64,000 bases of DNA from Eutreptiella sp. 'Long Island Sound 2002' (GCA_964036045.1 OZ038378.1:10168001-10232000); one strand, 5' to 3'. Positions 1-14,386 are shown, counted from the stretch's first letter. Notes: generated by a model from the letters alone, not told the origin. Made by a program: numbers and translations.

Positions 1-3000
1 TCTGGAGCTTCTCGGTGGCTTTCTCCGGCTCCTTGATTTTTGGACTCGGCCACTATGTCCTCTAGCTCGTCCACTCTTTCTGGGTGGCTGGGAGGCTTCG
101 GAACCCCCCCCCCCCCCAGCCGGCTGGCTGGCTGGCGCACCCCCGGAAAACCGCCAAAATACATAGTGCACCACTGTGTGCCTCTTCTCACGCATGGTAT
201 GGGTATGGGTATGGGTTTGCAGGGGTGGGGGGGGATCAGCCACCTGTCAAGAACACCCTTACCTCATACTCCAAGTTGCCTTGCAATCGGAACCTCCCAT
301 GAAGACCAAAAACACAAAACATAGAATCACCGCATCAGACGAATGTTCAACTACAAATGTTCTTGTTACCGATGTAAAGGGGTTGCCTCCAAAACCTCAA
401 AGTACACAATTGTCTTCAATCTGAAATATATACCATCCATATTGCATTATATATCCCAAGGCACCTTTCCAAAGAACACTTACGTCTCCAACTCCTCATT
501 CCGCGACAAGGCAAGTGTGGGTGGTCCGCATCCCATCTTGGGACCCCAACGCGGCTGGGGCTCGGCCGTTCTACATCCCCGGTCCTGTCGACACGTGTGA
601 ATTTGTTGGGCATGCCAACAAATTCACAACCAAAATCACACATTTTGTCCTATTTAAAAAATGCATGCAGTGGGGCATCTCCATGCATGCTTGCCGACGT
701 TAGTTGGACACGGGGACGCTACAACACAATGTGATTGTGCAACTGGACCACTAGGTCCGGATTCCCACACCAGCAAACAACCCACGCATGATGTGCCTTG
801 TTTAAAGGGAAGGAAATGTTATCACACACTCCATGGATCGGTGACATCATCTTGACATCTTGAGAGCAAGGGCGGTGAGGCAAACATGCATGTACAAAGC
901 AATGAAAGAATCCACATTTAATCTTTGAAAAGCAATTGTGGCTCATGTGTGCTAGCTGGCTAGGTGGCTGACTGGGTGGCTGGCTATTAATAGGTGGCTC
1001 GCTAGCTGCTCGCCGCTGGCTGGCTAGCCGGCCGAACCCCCCCCCCCCCCCGGTGACTGGCCCGCCTCCAGAGGCTAAGGAGGGAGGAGAGAGGAAGGAG
1101 ACGGCAATATAAAGAACCACAACCCAAACACCAAAATCACATAAAGATTAACCACAAAAACGGAAATCTACTTTGGTTTGTCAGCGAGGGCACCCCCCCT
1201 TGGTTTGGGGGGTGCAACTGTGTGGTTGGGATGATGCCGCATGGTGTCACACCAGTCACAAGTCCCTTTCCAAAAAGCATGTGATACCTTCTACATGTGC
1301 ATGGTCACAAATGACGAGCATTCAGTGTCGAAAGAATATGGGGCAATAAATATGGCGGAAAATGCACATGCAAAGAAAGTGCTAACTTTCGGGTTCCTCT
1401 CTTGCGACAACTGATGAGAGCACAAGACAAGAACACGTTCTCAAACGGCCATAGCCTGATAGTGCAAAGTGAAGGCGAGCAAACATTGTTTTTTATTGTC
1501 GTGAACGTCATTTGCAGTTGGTGGACTTTCCCTGTGAAAAAGAGAGATTCACCGGATCCGTGTGCGCTGGAACGTGTGTGGGTGTGTGGGTTCAGTCGCT
1601 GTGGTCTGTGGTCTTGTGTGGCTTGTGTTCCATTCCAAATACTCGCAAGTAAACATGCAACAAGTGGCACTAGCATACGGTATTCACCCCAAAAATCAAA
1701 GCCTAAAAATCGAGGTCAGGGAATACCTCTGACCCATCACTTGGCAGCAAAAATTGGCAGGTGCACAGCAATGCTTTTGTGGGGACCTCGAGGAAGCTGA
1801 GATGGAGGCACGAGTCAAGAAGGCTGCACTAAGCGCATACCGTAAGTTGTTGGATCTTCTTGTTCTGTTCATGAATGATCATCTCTTTGCAACATATTGT
1901 TTTTGAGAGTTTGTCCCGTTCCGCTTCGGCGGTGGCCAACTTCAAGTCAAACTAAAATTTAGGGCCAGACAAAGGTTGCATGAGTGCAATTCTGCCGCCG
2001 CTTGACCGCGATTTCAACCGTCAAACAAGTGCTCACATTTCCATTTTAGCGTGCAATTCATGCTGTAGGGATGGGGATGTTTTGCACCTGTTCCCTCATC
2101 GTTGTCCTTTCCTCTTCATGTTTGCACAGGAGCGTTGTTATGGCCGAATCATCATCACCTTCAATGAAATCTTACAATGTAGCAAACAGCAAAGGGACCA
2201 CTTCGTTTACCAATCGTGGCTAGAATCATGCGAAGGGTGCACGTGGACTGATACCTGTTGGGGCCGCGGGGGGTACAGAAGAGGTTCTCGGCTGAGTATA
2301 GCTTTGAAGTGTCCCCAAACACTCACGAATTTGAGATGTGTACTCGTCTGAAAGTTTCGACACAAATTTGGCAGTTTTGCTGAATTGAAATCTTGTCGCG
2401 TATATTCATACGAAAAGTGTCCATCCGTTGTTGTGAGAAATTCTTGGTTTTGGCGTGGGTCTGGGCGTGCGACGGATTGTTGTATGCACATTCTCGCGAT
2501 TGCCGTTCGATCGCAAAACAAAACTTCTGTTTCCGTGTTTTTTTTTTTACCTCCGTGTTTTTCTCAAAGATAAAGTAATGTCAGGGCAAATTTGACTCCT
2601 ACAGGTCAATATTCTGACCTTGGACAAGAATCAAGATGTCCAAGTGGCACCATCCAAGACTGCATTATAACACAACACTCCAAACCCAAATTGAGCGACT
2701 GTTTCTGGGTTCAGTGTCCAATTTTTGAATGGATGGAAATTTGCACCAATAAGATTTCAAAGGCGCCCCATATCATGCACGCGCAACACCAGACTCCACG
2801 TCTCACATTTGCAAAACGCAGCAACAATTGACAAGTTCCAAGTGTTCGTTTTCCAATGGTGATTAATGCTCACTACCAGCCGGCACTATTTTGCACGACT
2901 GACGCACTTCATTCGCACTGTGCCAAAAGTGGTTGTGTATGGGCAAACTGTTTTATTACTCCGCTTGCCTACTGACGAGACCATCACCGCATGCAACATG

Positions 3001-3203
3001 AGGCATCGAGCATCAACTCGGTTCGGCCTACAAGGGCAACTCCATATCACCTGAATTGCCATGGGCGAGAGTGATCAAGAGTGATCAAATCACCCTTATC
3101 ACGTAGTTTTGTTGCGCCCTTTCTATTCTAGCTGAATGCGCTTTTTTGCATGGAGCCCCCTCAACACCCCTTGACAACTTTGTTTATACGAGAGCTTCCT
3201 CTA

Positions 3204-3903
3204 CCTATACACCGTGTGCATGAGAGTGGGAAACTTGGAACTTGGAACTTGGGAGATACTCCTCAAAGGTCATTTGTTAGAAAACATTTGTGACATTTGT
3301 TGGAAAACGAGGCCTAGAAGCATCGAACAACGCATGGAGAGCAAACTTTTGAAACCCAAACGCCGCACAAAAAAATGCGAGAGGACCGAATAGTTCTCAT
3401 TCGAAAATTACGTCGATAACTAGTGGACGAATCCCATGTTGATTGTTGCCACCAATCCACAAAACAATGCCAACACAAGTCACCTTCATCAAACCGAGCA
3501 CATTCTTCCATTGTAGAGTACGTTTGCCACACAACCCGTAACAACGGGTAGCTCCTATACACCGTGTGCATGAGAGTGGGAAACTTGGAACTTGGAACTT
3601 GGGAGATACTCCTCAAAGGTCATTTGTTAGAAAACATTTGTGACATTTGTTGGAAAACGAGGCCTAGAAGCATCGAACAACGCATGGAGAGCAAACTTTT
3701 GAAACCCAAACGCCGCACAAAAAAATGCGAGAGGACCGAATAGTTCTCATTCGAAAATTACGTCGATAACTAGTGGACGAATCCCATGTTGATTGTTGCC
3801 ACCAATCCACAAAACAATGCCAACACAAGTCACCTTCATCAAACCGAGCACATTCTTCCATTGTAGAGTACGTTTGCCACACAACCCGTAACAACGGGTA
3901 GCT
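3204..3903. repeat. Near-perfect head-to-tail tandem duplication, 2 x 350 bp
   Basis: cctatacaccgtgtgcatgagagtggg starts at both 3204 and 3554. Both units end in cgggtagct. The ORF track shows identical peptides 350 nt apart. Confidence 0.95.
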
Positions 3904-5163
3904 ACATGTGCTTCACCGACTACTTTCTTCCACAATTCCGTTTGAAAGGCGGGCACCACCACACCACCAGGACAATTCAAATATCCTAGGCAAATAGCGT
4001 GTAGTGTGAAAATAAATCAAAAATGAAGGCATGAGCGGGGAGTGGGTACTATAAAATTTTTGAAATTTCCCCAAATTTTGAGGGAGCACGTGAGGAGGGG
4101 GGATTTCAAGATTTTTGCCACAAAGAAATTGCATAGTAGTTGAGATCGGCCGCATGCAAGGTTTGACACTTGCAATGGCTCTTTAATCCTTTTAAGCGTG
4201 TTATCGCTGAGTGTTGGTGGAATTGTTGAGAATTTTTCCATTTGTGCTAAAAGTAATGGGCAATGTGAGCGATGCAAGCATTCGTTGGCCTAGTCTTGCC
4301 CATTCTTTGGGCCATGCCCTTATCCCGGCCAGCTATGCATATTTGTCTCTTGCTCTTCGGAAAGTAGGGTTATGCAAATGTGTATGCCGGCTTATCTCGT
4401 TCCAAAGGGCACCCAAAAGAACGAAGCACCAAGTAGCAATATCCTTGTTGGGTGCCGCCCATTTTCGAGTAACACGGGAGATGTTATTAGTTGGTGTGTT
4501 GGTCATTGGTGTAATTGGTGTGTTGTGACGCGGGTGCCTCACACATGTGAAGGAACATTGTACGAAAATTGCGCCTATGCCACGGAAATCTGCGCTCCAT
4601 GTGGTGGCATATGCCACGGATATCCGCCGATTTTCTCGGGCCCATGCCACGGATATAACCGTGCATGCACACAAACGTGATGTACATTTCAATGCAATTG
4701 TTCAACGCAAGGTATGTGAGCATGTGACAACATGTGCCAAAGGCGAAAGTCAAACAGAGACCCACACGTGCACGGACGAGCACATGAGCATGAAAGTGAA
4801 GTTTGTGGGTTGAGGAAGCCACGGCTACACGTGCATTTTGGGCCTTGGGCGAACCGATCCACCAAGGGCGGTGTTAGGACCACGGAGTGGGCGGGCTACG
4901 AGGGAAAAAGTTTTTGCAAAGAATCACCCCTTGAGCGAACATGTTCCATAACATGTTGTATTGAAGAAGGTTTTCTTTGCAACCGCCATCGCAACGGCGG
5001 CGTTCTCAACTACTTTGCACAATGTGCCACAATTGTGTGACGGTTCCTTATGTTGAATGGCGGTGAAACACTCTTTGAACAAGTATGTGAACATGAGGTG
5101 TGGCTCAACTATTGTTTTGGACACTCATCCCCCACGGAATTTGTCGCCTTGCTAACGCGTGCA

Positions 5164-5237
5164 TCCCGCCCCCTGTGTCCGTCCGTCTTGTCCCTAGTTC
5201 TTTTTTTGAGAACCCCCTTTTTTGCTGGAGGCGCAAG
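5164..5237 (+). promoter_or_regulatory. Polypyrimidine tract with several AGs just upstream of the ATG; candidate trans-splice (spliced-leader) or 5'-UTR intron acceptor
   Basis: Pyrimidine runs (tcccgccccctgtgtccgtccgtcttgtccctag, ttctttttttgag, ccccttttttgctggag) with AGs ending at 5197, 5210, 5230 and 5237. Trans-splicing is inferred, not shown. Confidence 0.4.
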
Positions 5238-5247
5238 GCTTTTCACC

Positions 5248-5798
5248 ATGAGTTGGTCGGCCGGTGGGTTCTCGAAGGCCTCAGATGCCACAAGCTCCGC
5301 CTCCAACCGAAGGATGTTGATGGAGCGAGCCAAGTACACGTCCCTATTAGACTGCCTCATGCCCGAGCCTCCCGTGGTCGTTGAGGGTACGTTTTTGTTG
5401 CTTGAGGTCCTGCAGTGGATGGCCTTCCCCTTCGTTGCCGCTATTCCGTGGACGAGTCCATTGCAATGCGTCTTCTTCGTCACACACGTGCCATTGTGGG
5501 ACGAAACAGGCACGTGCCTCCCATACAACGACATGGTCCTGATGATTGTACAGCTTAGTGCAGTTGCACTGGTCTTCATCACCTCCTTCTTCGCGCTGAT
5601 CGCCCACTTGCACCCTCCGAAGGATGACGAGTACTGGGCCCTTGCGATGAAACTGGTGTCGTGGGCCTTGCATTTGCTGGCCCGCCCGCTGTTCCTCCCC
5701 CTCCTCCGCATCATGTTGGAGGCGGGCTGGCGACGAATGTGGGTGGAGGGCATGCTGGGGTTCCTGGGAGCTGTTCTGCTGGTCATGTGGTCGCTTAT
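5248..5798 (+). CDS. Cyclase gene exon 1: N-terminal TmcB-like membrane region
   Basis: MSWSAGG...FLLLEVLQWMAFPF...several hydrophobic helices. Donor AT|GTATGT, phase 2. Confidence 0.8.
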
Positions 5799-6889
5799 GT
5801 ATGTTATTCGCAACGACGTGGTGTTGTTGTTCCCGGCTCCTGCCCAAGCGCTTTAGTGCATGAGCACCTGCCCGAGGCAGCAAACAATCCCCACAACTCC
5901 ACCAATTGCGGCACACCGCAAGCAGCAAGAAAGTTGTCTCTCGGTCGTTAGGCAGACTACCATTGGCACATGCTGGTTGAACTCAAGCGTTTCGTGAATG
6001 GAATTCAGCCAAAACGCACGAGTTCTTTCGCCCCCGATTTATGATTGCAACATTGATATGTGACCTGCGGGGGTGGATATGCCAAAGAGGCAAAACAAGC
6101 ACACTATGCCCACCCTTGGCAGCGCAAAGTGCAAAAACCACTCCCGACCGAAAGATATATCGTCAGTGTGGACGGAGCGTTCGGAAGGCTGGCTCATGTT
6201 TGGCCCTCCATCAGCCGTTCGGCAATAAATGGTATCAGATGCTTGGTATTTTTCTTTGCGGGGGCGCATGCAAATCAAGAAAAGGAGCCCTCGCGCTTGC
6301 GCAAGCATGGCCAAGGTCAGGGACAACAGGGATCCCGTGTTAAGACAAGCCCATGCTTTGCCCACGACAAGCACGTCCCACGCTGAGTGTGGACTCATCG
6401 CCCATGACCCAGCCCCACTCATCTCTGATTCTCAGGAAAACAACGGTCTGACAGGGTCGGGGTGCTCACACAAGGAAGGGCAGGGGGCGTCGTGTATAGT
6501 GTTTGGTGCACGCCAATCTCCAGCCCCCTTGCGCAAGCACGGCCCAGGTCACAGTTCAGCGCTCGCAATGATATACTTGATTTTGTCACACGGTCTCAGT
6601 CGTGGTTTCACAAGGAGTTTGGGTCGGAGGCAGCCGCGGTGAGGAAGGTGGCGTAAATTCCACTCGCAGGTTAGGGTTAGATAGAAAACGACAGCCTCCA
6701 GCAACAAGCATGTCTGGTCGCCGGTTTTACGACACGGTACTGGACCCACCTTTGTGGCACACCGACCTCGCGATTGAATGTTCGCCGTTCCCATGGAATT
6801 TGTTGCCACGTGTCTCCTGGTCATCTGAGACATGTGAGTCTCACTTGTGTACCCCACGGGTCTCATTGTCTGCCCTTCACTTTCGCAAG

Positions 6890-7301
6890 GTACCGCGGCC
6901 TCCTCATCCACTGCCTGCCCTTTGGGAAGTGCCTCTCGCCAATCTCCCAAGGGCGCGTGCACGTGGGGCTGGCGCTCGGGCAGGTGCTGGTCGCCGTACT
7001 GATGGCCTCCACCATCCCCGAAGTGGGCCAGATCTGCCACGTGCTTGTGACGGCGGCCGCGGCTCTCTGCTTCTACTTCTGCCAGCCCTACTACCGGTCT
7101 TTCATCAATGGGACAGTGGTGGGCTGCCTCAGTGCGACCTCCCTGACCTCAGTCCTGGCGTTCTTGGTGCTGGTAATCCCTGTGTCATCCGTCAAGGACC
7201 TGCTGGGATGGCTGTGCATCCCGGTGTTCCTCCTGGTGATTCCCGCCGGCATGTGGGCCAACCAGCTGCGCTTTGTGAAGCTCCGTCCTGTGTCCTCTCG
7301 G
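6890..7301 (+). CDS. Cyclase gene exon 2: TM helices with CQPYYRSFIN (TmcB-family PYY..xN-type motif)
   Basis: Acceptor tttcgcaag|G. Phase-2 join gives M-Y-R-G-L. Donor CGG|GTATGT. Confidence 0.85.
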
Positions 7302-9725
7302 GTATGTCAGGCCCGCCTGCTTCCTGGCCCTAGGGCCCATGTAATCAGCGCACGGGCAAGTGTGGCTGCCGCCTTTAATAAAGCACTACCCCCCCCCCCC
7401 CCTTGCAACCCCCCCCCCCACCCAGGAGACCGTCACTTGGCCCAAAAGGCATACGAAATACGAGGCGCCGAAGAAAATTTTTCTTGAGATTATACTAGAA
7501 TTCGGGGGAGGGAAGGCCGTCACTTCGTGACCGTCTCCCCTCCCCCCCCCCCCCGGGAGACCGTCGCGCACTAGGGGGGGGAGGGTACGTGCAGACCTGC
7601 CACCAGCGTCCGCCATGTCAGACGTGACCAGCAGGAGCTAGGCCCTGAGTCAGACACGGGACGCAGCTTGTTCCTACATGGCATGTCGTTTGACGCCACC
7701 ACCGCAACCGCCGAAGTCCAGGTTCTCCATGGCTCGATTTTGTCAGCCCCTCCGGAGGGGGGGGGGCTAAGCCCTACTTCCCACACCATCAGTCGTGGAG
7801 AGCACCTTCCGAGCTGGACGCTCCTCGGAACCACTGTTCGTGAAGCATCTGCCGGCGCGCCGGCCGGGGGGTGGACGCCACTGCCACCATTCCGTTCTGA
7901 CCCACAACGGTGCACTTTTCGCAGCCCCCACTGCTGAAATGCACGAATGCCCTTGATCAACAAGAGCACACACAAAAGACATGGCACTGGGTCCCATGCT
8001 TTTGTGGAGGCACCGGGGGGGGGCGAGAGGTTGGGGAGCGTGTGTGTACAGCGGGGCAGTGACAATATGACTATTCGTGCTTTTCCTCATGAGGCATGTC
8101 TCCGCCCCTCAACAGGTCAATGAAAAGTCAACGAGCAATGAGGCGTCCTCTTGGGGGGCAATAAGCCGCACAACACACGCCCAATTCTTGTAGTCGCGCC
8201 ATTGGGGACATATCTCCAGTTGGTGCCTTTTGCATCACCGACCCAGTACGTCATCCAAGAGTGGGGGCGGGCCCCAGGATGGCGGCAGCGGCAGCGCTGT
8301 GCCGTGGTGCGTAGTCAGTGGGGATTCAGGCCTGCCTCGTTCGGTGGTCGAACCGCCTCAACCCGCCAGCGTCAGGTAATGCTCCACGGTATGCCAGCGT
8401 GATCCTGCCGCTGGAGCGCAGGTGGCTTCCGTGTAGTTCAGGGGTTGCCCGCCCCGCGCTCCTGTACTGGGACCGCAAAGAATTTTCCCTCTGCTTGACA
8501 CGGGGCTCACACTAACGGGCTCCCCACTTCCTGTGGTACACAAATGTCCCCATCTGATACCAATGAGCTCATGCACCCGGCACAGGCGCTGGCCATCCCC
8601 GGACACCAAAGCCAAGGTTGTGTGAAATGCTGATCGAGGAACCCTCATCATCAATTTGACGCCTGTCATCGAGGCAGCTGCATTGGGAAACAATCCCACT
8701 CAAGAAGGAGCGTCACCGCACTGAGAAGCTGAACCAAGTACATTGTGCACAGGCACGGACAATGTATCAAATGCGGGCATATTTTTTTTGGGGGGGGGGC
8801 ACTGGGAACCTGTGCACCGCAGGCCGTGAAGTATCTGTGCTCGCCTACAAAACTAGATCTCACGCCAACTGCTGACGTCTTCTTCGGACCCACAGCCCGT
8901 ACACGAGTGCAATGGTGCAGAGTCCAAGACACCAGCCCACAACGACAACGCAGTGCCGATCCCCGATGTAACTTTCTGGGGATCTGTGCCAGAGGACACC
9001 GCACTCCCAGCTCAGGGACGTGCGTACGCCATGAAGGCTGGTTCAATACCAGCGACAACATGCGGTGCCACGGGCCAGTCTTTTCCAGAGTGGCGATCCT
9101 CCGTGTTTGGGCACATGGTGTCTTCGTTTTGATAAAATCCTGCATGCGTCCCCCGCTTTCCCCCCTTCTGCAAGCATGGCCTTGTCCAGCACGGCGAGCC
9201 CGTCTGACTGTCGATTTGTTGACCGGTTTGTGGTCAAGAATGTGACATGACATGGTTGTGAGCCGGTTGCAGCAAAGATCAGGGTCATACCTTTTAAGAA
9301 TTGTTCGTTCGCACAGCAACACGTGCTGTTGAGACTGCAAACGTATTTCTGTGTTTTGATGTGATGACCATCGAATGTTGTTGTGTTGGACCCAAAGCAC
9401 CTCGCAACATTTCGTGATCCGGAACGCCCTGGCCCGCTATCCTGCCCACACCAGATGTGGTGGAGAGCGCGCCTCCGACTGTGACGGTCTTGGGAGGGAC
9501 TGCATGTGAAGCCAGCAACCAGGATGCAGTGATGCTGCTGTGGTGAGCAGTGAGATTAACATCCATTTTGTTCCCCGCTCCCGAGAAACACAAATGACGT
9601 TGATGAATAGATCACACGACGAAATAGCTGGACACCGATTGTACGATACGGGACCCGATTAACCTTTACGGCTTACCCCGCTGCAACTGCCTGAAAGAGG
9701 CCACATTCTGCCTTTCGTTCTTAAG

Positions 9726-9983
9726 GCCTACCCTGTCAACGTCAAGTTCCCGTTCGTAGACACCCCTGAGCCCTCGTCTGTGGACGAGGACACCCTGGAG
9801 CATCCCACGACCGTCGCCCTGCGCACGCTCATCGGCCTTCCAATCTACGCGGAGGCCCTGCCCAATGAGCCCAACTCTGCGGTCCTGACTACGGGCATTT
9901 CGATGCTCCGCAGCGGCTCCTACGCGGACTTGGGCATGCGCTTCATGTGGCAGCGCCGCGACCTAAGCGCAGATTTTGCGCAG
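9726..9983 (+). CDS. Cyclase gene exon 3
   Basis: Acceptor ttcgttcttaag|GCC; AYPVNVKFP...DLSADFAQ. Donor CAG|GTGCCC. Confidence 0.75.
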
Positions 9984-11469
9984 GTGCCCCTGCTCCCTTG
10001 TGTGCCCCTTGCGCTCGCCTGCGCCACCCTGTGTACCTCCGATGCTCTCCTCCTCCAAATCTCAGGGTATGGAAATGACTGAATGTGAAGCCTCTGCCAG
10101 CGCCAGCAGGGGAGTGGATGCCACGGGGGCAGTGATGCCGTAATGGTGAACGACGAACATTCCACTCTCACATACACCGCCCCCCCTTGTGTCCAAACAA
10201 GGTTTGGTACACTCAAAGAAAATTGCACATGAGGGTCGGTGCGAAGTGTGTTGTGTCCACCTGCCAGACCTGGCATTCGTCTTTCCCTGCACATGAATCT
10301 GCATCCGATGTTGTTGCTTGTGTACGCTTGTGCACGCTGAGTGTGCCCATTTCTGTGCATATTCAATCATTCATTCAGGTCTGCGAGATAGAGCGACCAG
10401 AAACAAGTGAGCATCCAAATCTCCAGAACAGCACAGGGGACAAAGCAGCAACCAAAAAAGTCTGCACTATCAGGCAGGCACCCAAGCAATACCTTCTAAA
10501 CTGCACATAAATTGAATCATTGAAATGCATTGCAATGCGAACATTTCGCATTGATTCTGGTACTGCAATATCTGTGGTTCAAAAACCCCAGCCAGACGGT
10601 CCGTCTTTGGGCACACCTGTCGTTCGACAAGGCGGGGGGGGGGTTCAGAGCTCTTGTTCCCCTTCATTTAATCCTCTACTGTAATGCCAATGTGCCAATT
10701 TTGTCTTCTGTTTCCCCCCTTATTGTTGATCAAACTCTACAAGTTTTCTCTTGGAAGAGTGGTTCGACCCAACATTCAACAATCGCCTCCAGATCCCCAT
10801 CATTATGATGCAATTTCCATCTACAAAAGGCAAGAGTCAAAATGGGTGAAAACAGGGTAGACATAACCCTTAGTTTGCGGATACCAAACAACAACAATGC
10901 ACCCACTGCCATAAGGAGAAAGTACAACCACCAGGTATGTCCTGTTGGCAAACAAATAGTGCAGAGCCTCCGCAAGACTGACCATGTCTGAGAACAGGCC
11001 CTGTCCCACTTTGCGCCACACACGAAACTCTTGAATATGTCCATAGTCATTTGTGTTAAGAGCACAGAATTGGAAAAAAAATTGGAAATTGGAAATTGAA
11101 CTCTGCTGAGAGGATAATCAAAGGTCACATCTTTGCCACAAGGTTGATGTGTAATTTGAAAGAAATCCGGTCCTTTTTGCAAACATCCGCACTAGATGCT
11201 GTGGCGGTGAGTGTCAGAGTGTCAAATTCCTCCATTTTTCCGTTGGTGATTGCGGTGACTTGATTTTTACGAACGGAACTATGGGGAAGGTCTTCGACCT
11301 CCCAGAAAATGGGGGAAATGGACTAACTAAAAATGGGTATTTCGGGCCCTCCCCCCATTCCCCTCCCATTTTCTGACCATTTCCCCCCATTTTCCTCCCG
11401 TTTTCCCACTTTTTCCACCCATTCTCCTACTTTGGCACCCACTCTGGAAGTCGTTCCTACATGTTCCAT

Positions 11470-11580
11470 CCTTATCTGTTGATGATTCCCCATTTTCCCC
11501 ATTTCCCCCATTTTTCCAGGCTCCAAAATCTGGTTTTGGTGAGTTGGTGTGTTCGGTGGCGGAAGTTTCGTAGGTCAGAG
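11470..11580. repeat. Dispersed repeat copy (intron 3), shared with ~17470-17610
   Basis: ccccattttccccatttcccccatttttccaggctccaaaatc(t/c)gg(t/g)tttggtgagttggtg...ggcggaagttt present at both sites. Confidence 0.8.
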
Positions 11581-12773
11581 TGGAATGGTTGGGGTGTTCC
11601 TGCAAAGCGCATGCACAGTGCACACTTTCCACCGCCAATTTACGATTTTGTTTTTGGAAAAATGTGGGTTTTGTCAACATTGCAGTCCTCAAAAGGTAGA
11701 CAGTCCCTGCAACAACTGCAACCATAACCTCTTGAGTCCATGGCCTTTCCTTGGCTTCCCCTCCGGCACGTTGAACGCGAATAAATTGCATTCTTGCCAT
11801 AAGGTTCCCCAAAGTGGGGAGGAACCACGCCATGTAAAAGAACACCAGAAGCGCCGTTGCTACAAGACGCCCCCCAGCAAGACAAGCAAAATATAGGAAA
11901 AGAGAAGTCAGATTGGGCGTCGGTCTTTGGACAATCCCATAAGCACGTATGCACGTAACTGCTCTCGCACGGCGCGCGCATACAGAATGGATGCATAGGT
12001 TTTGGCACATTGCAGGCACACGTCCCCAGGTGAAAACCCTGCACATCCTGTAAATTGGCAGCAACAAGTATACCTGAGCAAGGGCAGAAAAAGAAGGCTG
12101 ATTGGCTTCAGTGTGCACTGCTGTTCAGTTGTGTGTTCTTGCTGTGTTTTCTTGTGTTTAACAACGCCATCCACCAAGAGTTCGCATGGCTGGTATTCAA
12201 TGAAGTTGTACCGGCTTGTGTTGTGTGTATCTGGCAAAAGCAGGCATCCGCACTGGCCTTTTGCCTCCGAATAGACAACGATCACCTCAATCAAGGAAAG
12301 CAGGTCCTTCAAAAGACAGGGAGCTGGACACCGATTGTGTTACGCAGTCGCCAGCACGCCTTTCTGCACACCACGGCCGTGCTGTCATGGCTGCAGCACC
12401 GCCAATTGCACTTTCGATACATGAAGCCAGACGTGCTTCATGCGGCACCTGTGCCCCACCCACGAAAGCGTGACGTGCAAATGTTCCTGAGAAGTACGGG
12501 AAAGTCGGACTTACCCTGGGGGGCTTCTGGGCCCCAAGCACGCAACATCACATGGCAGTCTTTCATGGATCCGCCAGCCACCGCCCCCTCCCCATCCGCT
12601 CGGAGCCTCCCGACACACCGCAGCTGTAGCCAAGCTTGTACTTCCCGGGCTCTCTGGCCCGCTTTGCCAGATGCTGCCACGGGGGGGGGGGGGGGGGCGC
12701 AGCGAGACCAGATATTTCAGGCCCCCCGTGAGCCGGCGCAGCCACACACCCGCACTTTGTGTCCTGCGCACAG

Positions 12774-13160
12774 AATCTGATCCGCTTTGGCATGGACTAC
12801 TTCGAGGCAGCGCTCCTGCGGTTCCCCTCGGACGCCCTCCTGCGGGTTCACTACGCAGTCTTCCTGATCCACTACGCCAAGCGCACGAACCTGGCCTATG
12901 GGCACCTCCGCGTCGTGCTGCAGCAGGACGTGGTGGCCATCGACGCCTGGTACTTGGCGCACCGTGTGTCCAAGCAGCTGCTGGGCCGGTGCGCGAACAC
13001 GCGCGACGCAGAGGCCAAGGAGATGCTGCAGAAGATCCACAAGCACCACCGCGCCTGCCTCGCGTCGATCGTGTCATTGTGGTCGATGCTGATGAGCGAC
13101 AACTTCGAGATCTCCGCCCTGGACCAACTGACGACCAGCATCAGTAACCAAGCCCACCAG
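12774..13160 (+). CDS. Cyclase gene exon 4: TmcB-type TPR-like domain, first part
   Basis: NLIRFGMDYFEAALLRFPSDALLRVHYAVFLIHY...LWSML. Acceptor cgcacag|AAT, donor CAG|GTCGTC. Confidence 0.85.
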
Positions 13161-14386
13161 GTCGTCCCCTCGGTCCCTGCATCGATTCCCTGCGCTGGGC
13201 TTACACTCCCCCCTCTTAATGCTGCATGCTTTGCCTCTTCCTCCCCGTTCACGCAGTCCCGTTCCCGCTGCTTTTTCGTCGGTGGTGACGGAGTGAGCGA
13301 TTGAAGCAGCGAGGATACGGACGAAATTCTTTAAGCCGACAGTGTGCGCGCGGCTTGTGCGAGGGAAAAACCGTGCGTCCCAACGGGAAAAAAGAGGGCG
13401 AATTGGGGTTGCATGGCTGATGAAGAGGTACAGATGGTCGACCCCACGCACAGGCAATCCTGCGAGCCAGCTGCAAGAAAGGGACCCATGCACCTGTCTG
13501 CAGCGCTGGCGTCAACGCTGTCCGCGGTTGAACTGTACGGCGGGCTTCCAACGATCACGGAATGGGCAGTCATGTGCCGGACGTTGAAGAGCAAGCAGTG
13601 CATCCCATTGCAACACTGTTGCTGTGCAGTGCCGTTCAGGGCTGTTGACGGCTGCTCGGGGTCAGTGACGGCCAATCAGGAGTGAAAGCTGCTATTGAGG
13701 GAATTCGAGGGTTCGCTGAGGGAAATGAGAGCCAATAAGGCGTTGTGGGGATTGTGGATGGAGATGTTTGTGGGTCTGCTGTCCGGTGCCCTCCTCCTTT
13801 TTCGTGTTGAAGAGAGTGCAAAACCTGCTTTATCTGAACTGGCTGTGTTGTTGGAGTCGCCACAACAACGAAGCCAAAAAACAGCCCTGATCTTCGTACC
13901 CCATCTGGAGCTGTGTCTCAGCACCCTCATTGTGCCCGCACGCTGCTGCTGGCACCCTCTCCCTACTCATTGGCTGTGCCTGCCTATGGAGGGCCTCCAG
14001 AGTTGCATGCGGGCACCGTCACCCATGGAGGAGCTGTCCACAACACACTATACGTACCAGAGTCACCCGCCCCCCACTCTCACTGGGTTGCCCGCCCGCC
14101 CGCTCGCTCGCTCACTCACTCGTTCCCTACCCTTCCTCACTCACCCACTCACTCACCCACTCCTCCGCTCGCTCACCAATTCACTCATTTCCTCACTGAC
14201 TCACGAACTGACTCTCGTAGTCCCGTGATTGAGCAGGGTCCCTCCGTATCTGTGTGTTTGCGTATATTTTTCTGTGTAATCCAATATTCAAGCACATCGG
14301 ATGCGTGATTGGACTCAACCGCATGTGATGTGTCTTCATTGTTTTGAGCTCCGCTGTCCCTCTTCGAACGTGCCGGTATTACTCAG

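Noticed and set aside
1-5160. Short ORFs upstream of the cyclase gene
   Set aside because: No coding-like codon bias, motifs or splice-consistent chain.
6669-6680. GGTTAGGGTTAG telomere-like motif
   Set aside because: Only two units; expected by chance.
7668-7937. 89-aa plus ORF in intron 2 as a possible extra exon
   Set aside because: No convincing in-frame acceptor/donor pair, and exons 2 and 3 already join in phase.
11327-12118. 263-aa minus ORF with a phrase (FLPTLGNLMARMQFIRVQR) loosely like a lysophospholipid acyltransferase
   Set aside because: No HxxxxD or other supporting motifs, no partner exons, and it runs into a dispersed repeat. More likely chance or decayed TE sequence.
9626-12338. 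17-nt exact repeat AGCTGGACACCGATTGT at 9626 and 12322
   Set aside because: A single 17-mer match is not very unlikely in 64 kb, and nothing extends on either side.
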